Assembly: GCA_001552015.1 (NCBI GenBank)
Contig: CP010514.1
Span: 573,888-605,887, forward strand
Length of the DNA: 32,000 nt
Direction of reading: 5' to 3'
Source: Candidatus Nanopusillus acidilobi
GTDB lineage: Archaea > Nanobdellota > Nanobdellia > Nanobdellales > Nanobdellaceae
The notes below the pieces were generated by a model that worked only from the letters and a program-made list of their open reading frames with translations, did not search any database and was not told where the DNA came from. Both the position numbers and the translations under genes were made by a program. The stretch's first letter is position 1. The number at the start of each line of letters is the position of its first letter. This document shows, one piece after another, positions 26,397-32,000 of the stretch.

Positions 26397-28388
26397 ATGA
26401 CAGATCATTTTAAAGCAATATTTAAAACAGATCTTAATAGAAATCTCAATTTTACTGAAGAAACTATTGAAATTTTAGATAATAAAATTTCCATATATGA
26501 TGATAATAAAAACAAAATATTAGAAATCGATAATGTAGAAGAACTAAATATAGAATATGGAATAAGTATATGTAAATTAATTGCAATAGACAAAGATGGA
26601 AAAATATTTGAAGTTGCATATTTTACAAAGAAAAAAGCGGATAATATACAAAAAATTGTAGATGAATTTAATTTAAAAGTAAAAACGGAAATAATTGAAA
26701 AAGAAGAAAAGAAAAGATCTAAAAAAGAAATATATGGATTTTTAATACAAATTATTAAAAAATATAAGAAAGAACTTATCTTAATTACTATTATCTTTAT
26801 TATAGGTACTATAATAAGTCTAATTCCTCCTTATTTAACAGCTTTATTAATAAACGAGGTTCTTATATCAAAAATACCATCACTGGAAGTATTTCTTACA
26901 ATAATTTTCTTAATGCTAATATCTTCTATTATTTCTAGATTTTCATATTTAATAGGTAATTCTTTATTAAATATTACACAGACAAAAATCAGAAAGGGAA
27001 TAAGAGAGTTATTATTAGAACATATAATTTTTAATGATGTTTCTTTTATAGAAAAATACTCTCCTTCTACATTAATAGCAAGATATCAAACGGATATAGA
27101 GGAAATAGATGGTTTTATTGCATTTGATCTGCCTTTTATAATTATAGATACTTTAATGCTTGTTGGGACCCTTATTATACTTTTTTTATTATTACCATTT
27201 TTAGCAATACCTATAATAATTGCAGCATTTGTTATTTTTGTTCTTTTCATAATTTATGAAAGAAAAATTAGAAGAATTGATAAAAAAGCAAGAATAAAGT
27301 CTGTAGATGCCGAAACTCAAGTAAATAATGTTCTAAGGAACTTTTATAGCATTAAGTTATTCTCAAAAGAAAAAGAAGAATATGAAAAAACAAAAAATAT
27401 AATAAACTCTTGGTATTCGACAGATACTCAGGTAGGAAAACTTATTACAATAAGAGGTGAACTATTATTTTTAATAATAGATTTGATTACTGTTTTTATA
27501 TGGTATATGGGTGGAATTTTTGTAATTAATAATCTAATTAAATTGGGTATATTGGTTGCTTTTGTAACTTATATTTTATATATTTATAGCCCACTCCAGA
27601 CATATGAAAGGTTTTTTGGGGATATTCCAAAAGCTTTAGTTTCTGCTGAAAGAATATTAGAATTATTAGAAGATAAGCCAAAAATATTAAATAAAGAAAA
27701 TGCTTTAAAACCAAATATGATTGATGAAATAAAATTTGTTAATGTTACTTTTGGATATGAACCAGGTTTTCCTGTATTAAAAAATATTTCTTTTACAATA
27801 AAACCTAAAGAAAAGGTTGCAATTGTTGGAAAAAATGGAGCTGGAAAGACAACAATTGCTAAATTATTATTAAGATTTTATGACATAAATGATGGAGAAA
27901 TATTAATTGGAAATACAAATATAAAAGATATAGATTTAAAATATCTTAGGGAAAAAATTTCATATTTATCACAAGAACCTGAAATTTTTAATAATACTAT
28001 TAGATACAATATATCTTATGGAAATCAAAATGCAAATGAAATAGAAATAATTAGAGTTTGCAAAATTGTAAATATACATGATGATATAATTAAATTACCT
28101 TTTGCATATGATACCCCAGCAGGAGAAGAGGGAACAAAACTATCTAGCGGCCAAAAACAAAAAATAACAATTGCAAGAAATATAATAAAAAATCCTGATA
28201 TATTTATATTTGATGAATTAACATCAAATATTGATTCAAAGAGCAGAGAACAAATTTTTTCTGCTATATTAAATATTTCAAAAGATAAAACTTTAATATA
28301 TATTTCACATAATTTATCGGAAGTATTAAATATGGATAGAGTTATTGTTATAGAAGACGGAAAAATTGTTGAAGAAGGAAAAACCTGA
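26397..28388 (+). CDS. ABC exporter (fused TMD-NBD) with N-terminal extra domain
   Basis: TM region; Walker A 'GKNGAGKTTIAKLLL', signature 'KLSSGQKQKITIARNI', Walker B 'IFIFDELTSNID', 'ISHNLSEV'. C-terminal tail continues in the next frame. Confidence 0.9.
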   Translation: MTDHFKAIFKTDLNRNLNFTEETIEILDNKISIYDDNKNKILEIDNVEELNIEYGISICKLIAIDKDGKIFEVAYFTKKKADNIQKIVDEFNLKVKTEIIEKEEKKRSKKEIYGFLIQIIKKYKKELILITIIFIIGTIISLIPPYLTALLINEVLISKIPSLEVFLTIIFLMLISSIISRFSYLIGNSLLNITQTKIRKGIRELLLEHIIFNDVSFIEKYSPSTLIARYQTDIEEIDGFIAFDLPFIIIDTLMLVGTLIILFLLLPFLAIPIIIAAFVIFVLFIIYERKIRRIDKKARIKSVDAETQVNNVLRNFYSIKLFSKEKEEYEKTKNIINSWYSTDTQVGKLITIRGELLFLIIDLITVFIWYMGGIFVINNLIKLGILVAFVTYILYIYSPLQTYERFFGDIPKALVSAERILELLEDKPKILNKENALKPNMIDEIKFVNVTFGYEPGFPVLKNISFTIKPKEKVAIVGKNGAGKTTIAKLLLRFYDINDGEILIGNTNIKDIDLKYLREKISYLSQEPEIFNNTIRYNISYGNQNANEIEIIRVCKIVNIHDDIIKLPFAYDTPAGEEGTKLSSGQKQKITIARNIIKNPDIFIFDELTSNIDSKSREQIFSAILNISKDKTLIYISHNLSEVLNMDRVIVIEDGKIVEEGKT

Positions 28389-28962
28389 TGATTTAATTAA
28401 GAAAAAGGGAAAATTCTATGAATTATTTAAAAATCAAATAGAAAATTTAGAAAAAATAGAAAATGTTAATCAAAAATCAGAATTAGTCAATTTAAATATA
28501 ATAAAAGATAAAAATATAATAATAGAACCTTCTAATAGACCTAGCAGAGTAAATATTATATATAATGGTAAAAAACATGAAAACCTTATGCCAAAACTTT
28601 TATTCCCAATATCAAATCCAAAATTTGTAGGATTTTACGATGATAATTTCAATGAAATATTTTTATTAGAAGATTATACAATTTTAGACAAAGATTCTAA
28701 AAAAATATTAGAAAATGCAATAAAATATAATTCTATAATATATAAAATAGAAAAAATAAAGAAGATAGATATTGAAGGAGGATCTATATTATTAAATGCT
28801 CTTATAAATAATAAAGAATTGGAGATAAAAATAATTTCTCCAGAAAATCTTTTTATTTTTGAAGATAAGGTTTTATTTATTGATGAAAATGGTAACCTAT
28901 ATCAAATAATATTAAAAGATTTGGACAAGAGGAGCTTAAAGGAATTAAATAAAATAATATAA
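28366..28962 (+). CDS. DUF1854-like protein; its N-terminus reads as the missing ABC exporter tail
   Basis: 'PDDLIKKKGKFYELFKNQ' is a typical exporter C-terminus; remainder ('IIYNGKKHENLMPKLLFPISNPKFVGFYDDNFNEIFLLEDYTILDKDSKKILENAI...VLFIDENGNLYQIILKDLDKRSLKEL') is DUF1854-like. TTG start. Confidence 0.7.
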   Translation: MLKKEKPDDLIKKKGKFYELFKNQIENLEKIENVNQKSELVNLNIIKDKNIIIEPSNRPSRVNIIYNGKKHENLMPKLLFPISNPKFVGFYDDNFNEIFLLEDYTILDKDSKKILENAIKYNSIIYKIEKIKKIDIEGGSILLNALINNKELEIKIISPENLFIFEDKVLFIDENGNLYQIILKDLDKRSLKELNKII

Positions 28963-29049
28963 TATCTTTATAATTTTAAATTTCAAAAAACAAATAGTTA
29001 AAATTTAAATCGAATTAAATTTAAAAAATTACTTATAAAAATATCTTTA

Positions 29050-29646
29050 ATGGCTACAGGTCCTACTTACGTAGTAAAATTTAGAAGGAGAAGGGAAAAT
29101 ATTACAGATTATAGAAGGAGACTAAAGTTATTAAAATCAAAGAAACCAAGATTTGTTGTTAGAAGATTTTTAAATAATATATTAGCACAAATAACATTAT
29201 ATAATGAAAATGGAGATAAAACATTACTAACAGTCCATTCAAAAATATTAGAAAAGAAATATGGATGGAAAGGACATAGAGGAAATTTACCAACAGCATA
29301 TTTAGTCGGTTTATTAGCAGGTCTAGAAGCAAAGAAAAGAGGAATTGAAGAAGCAATATTAGATATTGGAAGATATAGATCTACAAAAGGAAATTCATTA
29401 TATGCTGCACTAAAAGGTGCAATTGATGCTGGATTAAAGATTCCATATAATGAGGAAATTTTACCTTCTGAAGATAGAATAAAAGGTGAACATATAAAAA
29501 ATTATGCATTAATGTTAAAAGAAAAAAATCCTGAAAAATATAATAAGCAATTTTCAAGATATTTAAAAAATGGATTAGAACCTGAAAAAATAGTAGAGCA
29601 TTTTGAAGAGGTAAAAAATAAAATATTAAAAGAATATGGCATCTGA
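29050..29646 (+). CDS. rpl18p: Ribosomal protein uL18
   Basis: '[39 protein letters not shown]', '[28 protein letters not shown]'. Confidence 0.93.
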   Translation: MATGPTYVVKFRRRRENITDYRRRLKLLKSKKPRFVVRRFLNNILAQITLYNENGDKTLLTVHSKILEKKYGWKGHRGNLPTAYLVGLLAGLEAKKRGIEEAILDIGRYRSTKGNSLYAALKGAIDAGLKIPYNEEILPSEDRIKGEHIKNYALMLKEKNPEKYNKQFSRYLKNGLEPEKIVEHFEEVKNKILKEYGI

Positions 29647-29887
29647 TTGGAAAGATAGCTTAGATCCCGTGTTTAGAGATTTTATAAAATCATTAATAGA
29701 AGAAACAAAAAAGTATAAGGATGTATATGAAAATTCTGATAATCCATCAAAAGTACAAATGTGGATTGCACTAGGTATATTATATAGAAAATTACTATCT
29801 ATAGAAGGAAAATTATCAGAAATAGAATCTATAATAAATAATAAGGAATTAAGAGAAAAATTAGAAGAATATTTGAGAAAACTTTAA
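29636..29887 (+). CDS. Small hypothetical protein
   Basis: 83-aa helical ORF overlapping the uL18 3' end. Confidence 0.6.
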   Translation: MASDWKDSLDPVFRDFIKSLIEETKKYKDVYENSDNPSKVQMWIALGILYRKLLSIEGKLSEIESIINNKELREKLEEYLRKL

Positions 29888-30258
29888 TAAACAACAGCAA
29901 CCAAAACCCCTCCTATTTTTTCTCTTTTACATTCTTCATTTGTTTTAACTCCTTTATTAGTAGATACTAATAATATTCCAAAACCACTTGCAGGTAAATA
30001 TCTTTTTTCGTACCTTTCTAATTCTCTATATGATACAGGAAACCTGGGATGAATTGCTTTTCCAAAATTAAAATATTCGGAAAACCTGGCAATTATCTTT
30101 TTCCCTTCAGTCTTATATTCTTCAACAAATCTATATTCCTTTAATTTTTCTAAAATATTCAATAATAATTTATTATAATAATTAAATTCTACATCTCTTC
30201 TCCCAATATTTATACAATTTGTGGCATGAGAAAAGAAATCATTAATTATATCTACCAT
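29884..30258 (-). CDS. rps8p: Ribosomal protein uS8
   Basis: 'LLLNILEKLKEYRFVEEY', 'ARFSEYFNFGKAIHPRFPVSYRELERYEKRYLPASGFGILLVSTNKG' and '[12 protein letters not shown]'. Confidence 0.9.
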   Translation of the reverse strand: MVDIINDFFSHATNCINIGRRDVEFNYYNKLLLNILEKLKEYRFVEEYKTEGKKIIARFSEYFNFGKAIHPRFPVSYRELERYEKRYLPASGFGILLVSTNKGVKTNEECKREKIGGVLVAVVY

Positions 30259-30621
30259 TATTCTCCTAGAACTTTAAATCCTAATTCTTTTGCCATTTCT
30301 CTAAAGCATCTTCCGCATATGTAATATATTATATCTCCTAATAACTCTATCATGAGAACCGCATATCATACATCTTATACTTCCTTTTCCAAATTTTCTT
30401 TCCTTATTTTTAATTCCATATTCTTCTAATACTTTTATTAAACTTTTATTTTCACTTACGGCTTTTTGTATTAATTCTTGTATATTCTTAATCTTACCTT
30501 CTTTAATTAGTCTTCTTACTTCTTCCTTTATATATTTTGGTGCATTATTTTTGAGTATCTTTGCTAAAGTACCTGATTTGTTTTTCTGTAATTCTACTAA
30601 ATATGACCAATCATTTGGCAT
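30258..30621 (-). CDS. rps14p: Ribosomal protein uS14 with long N-terminal extension and an apparent +1 frameshift
   Basis: 'RKFGKGSIRCMICGSHDRVIRRYNI' in the listed frame, then +1 frame 'YICGRCFREMAKELGFKVLGE*' ending in TAATG overlap with the uS8 start. ORF length is 3n+1. Confidence 0.8.
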
Positions 30622-30693
30622 TTATTAATAATATATTAGTAAGATTTAAAAGAAATATAGATTTTTAAGGAAAAAATTAAAATAAATATAATA

Positions 30694-31710
30694 ATGTTAA
30701 AATCCCTAATTGTTGGGATAGACCCAGGTACAAATTTAGGATTAGCTGTTATAGATGATAATGGAAATATTATTGATAAATTAAGTGGAAAAAATATACA
30801 AAACGAGGATATAATCAAATATATAAGTGATTTAAAATATGTTGTACTTATTACTACAGATAAAAAGGAAATACCAAAGACAATATTAGATATAGCATCA
30901 AAATTAAATATTGGTGTATATAATCCAAAAGAAGATATTAGTTTAGAAATAAAAAATAAATATTATCAAGATGAAAATTTAAAGAATATATTTGAAAATA
31001 ATCATGAATTTGATGCATATATATCGGCAATAGAAGCATTAAAAAAATTAAAAGAAATTTTTGAAAAGGCAAAAAAAGTTTCTGAAAGCCAGGAAGAATA
31101 TATTAAAATATTAAGATATATATTAAAAAATAGAAAAGTAGAAGTTGTAGCAGCAAAAAATAATTTGAGAGAAAAGGAAAAAGAGATAAAGAATGAAAAG
31201 AAAAGAAAAAGAAGAAAGAAAGAGAAAAAAGATATAGAAATAGTAAAGGTTATTATAAAGAACAAAAAAGAACAGAAAGAAAAAGAAAAAGTAATAGAAG
31301 AATTAAATAAAAAATATATTGAATTATTAAATGATTATAATATCTTATCTAAGATTTTAACGGAAAGATTAAAAATTGATGATAATATTATACCAAAAAT
31401 TTCTTTTTTATATTTAAACAAACTTTATTATAATAAAATATTTATAGATGAGTTTAAAGAAGAATATATTATATATTACAAAAATAAAGATGTAAAATTT
31501 TTTGTAAAAAAAGAAGATTTAATGGAAGTTAAAAATATTCTTCCGAGATTTTATGCTATTGATGAATTTAAAGAATTAAAGAATTTTATTATTATCGAAA
31601 AGTTCCATGAAGAAAAATCTAATATAACAGAAAAAGATATTGATGAAGAAAGGCTGAAGAAAATTTTAAAAAATTATAGGGAACACCGCCTTCAAAATCT
31701 ACTACAATAA
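30694..31710 (+). CDS. DUF460 protein with RNase H-like fold N-terminus
   Basis: 'SLIVGIDPGTNLGLAVIDDNGNIID', 'ISDLKYVVLITTDKKEIPKTILDIASKLNIGVYNPKEDIS', 'NNHEFDAYISAIEALKK' followed by a coiled coil. Confidence 0.8.
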   Translation: MLKSLIVGIDPGTNLGLAVIDDNGNIIDKLSGKNIQNEDIIKYISDLKYVVLITTDKKEIPKTILDIASKLNIGVYNPKEDISLEIKNKYYQDENLKNIFENNHEFDAYISAIEALKKLKEIFEKAKKVSESQEEYIKILRYILKNRKVEVVAAKNNLREKEKEIKNEKKRKRRKKEKKDIEIVKVIIKNKKEQKEKEKVIEELNKKYIELLNDYNILSKILTERLKIDDNIIPKISFLYLNKLYYNKIFIDEFKEEYIIYYKNKDVKFFVKKEDLMEVKNILPRFYAIDEFKELKNFIIIEKFHEEKSNITEKDIDEERLKKILKNYREHRLQNLLQ

Positions 31711-31740
31711 TTCCTAGACAAGTATACATAAAATAATTAA

Positions 31741-31754
31741 TTACTAATTAGTAA
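31741..31754. repeat. 14-bp perfect palindrome TTACTAATTAGTAA
   Basis: Directly self-complementary in the intergenic region after the DUF460 gene. Confidence 0.6.
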
Positions 31755-32000
31755 TATATTAAAATTTGGCAAATACAATAAAATAGACTTACATTTTGAT
31801 ACTGGTGTACCAAAAATTTTATAAATATCTTTTATAAGATTTTTGATAATCAATATTTTTAAACAGAAAGTCTATAGATATATTTAGAAGAAAAAATCAA
31901 TCATGGAAGAAATTTAGGGGCAATTTTTTAAAAACCGATGGAAAATTAACTATTTTAAATATAAAAATGGCATTTTAGCAATTTTTAAATAGATTGCAAA

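Noticed and set aside
1-32000. CRISPR arrays, rRNA genes, transposases or long direct repeats
   Set aside because: No regularly spaced repeats, rRNA signatures or transposase motifs were found on reading; only short palindromes.
1-32000. Split tRNA halves as in N. equitans
   Set aside because: Every T-loop-like sequence (GGTTCAAATCC/GGTTCGAATCC) I located belongs to one of the five complete tRNAs.

Overview
AT-rich archaeal chromosome segment. Gene content and layout (dispersed ribosomal protein genes, very tight packing, shortened enzymes) look most like a reduced DPANN/Nanoarchaeota-type genome; that placement is inference. Recognisable genes include proS (3' end), secG/Sec61beta, minD-like ATPase, a Dph2 N-terminal-domain-only ORF, DUF131, a HAD phosphatase, a MoxR-like AAA ATPase plus VWA pair, ribosomal proteins uL16/L10e, uL30, uS5, eL37, uL15, eL19, uL22, uS3, uL18, uS8 and a frameshifted uS14, a DPM1/GtrA glycosyltransferase, hisS, apgM, class II RNR, a metallophosphoesterase, a Nog1-like GTPase, Hsp20, a MEMO protein, a GatE N-terminal-domain-only ORF, NurA-like, an ABC exporter plus DUF1854, and DUF460. 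There are five tRNAs: Glu-CTC, Leu-CAA, Ala-TGC, His-GTG and Ser-GGA. The most interesting items are: (1) a 231-nt GC-rich structured ncRNA candidate on the minus strand at 324-554, closed by 17 bp and carrying GNRA-capped helices, which I cannot assign to a family; (2) a textbook-geometry archaeal H/ACA guide sRNA (about 25124-25183) ending 5 nt before tRNA-Ser; (3) single-domain versions of Dph2 and GatE; (4) two pseudopilin-like clusters, one with a large DUF2341-like putative adhesin; (5) an ABC exporter/DUF1854 module; (6) at least five apparent frameshifts, all of +1 sense, including one inside essential uS14, which are either assembly overcalls or something biological; and (7) an orphan gene of atypical codon usage beside tRNA-Ser.
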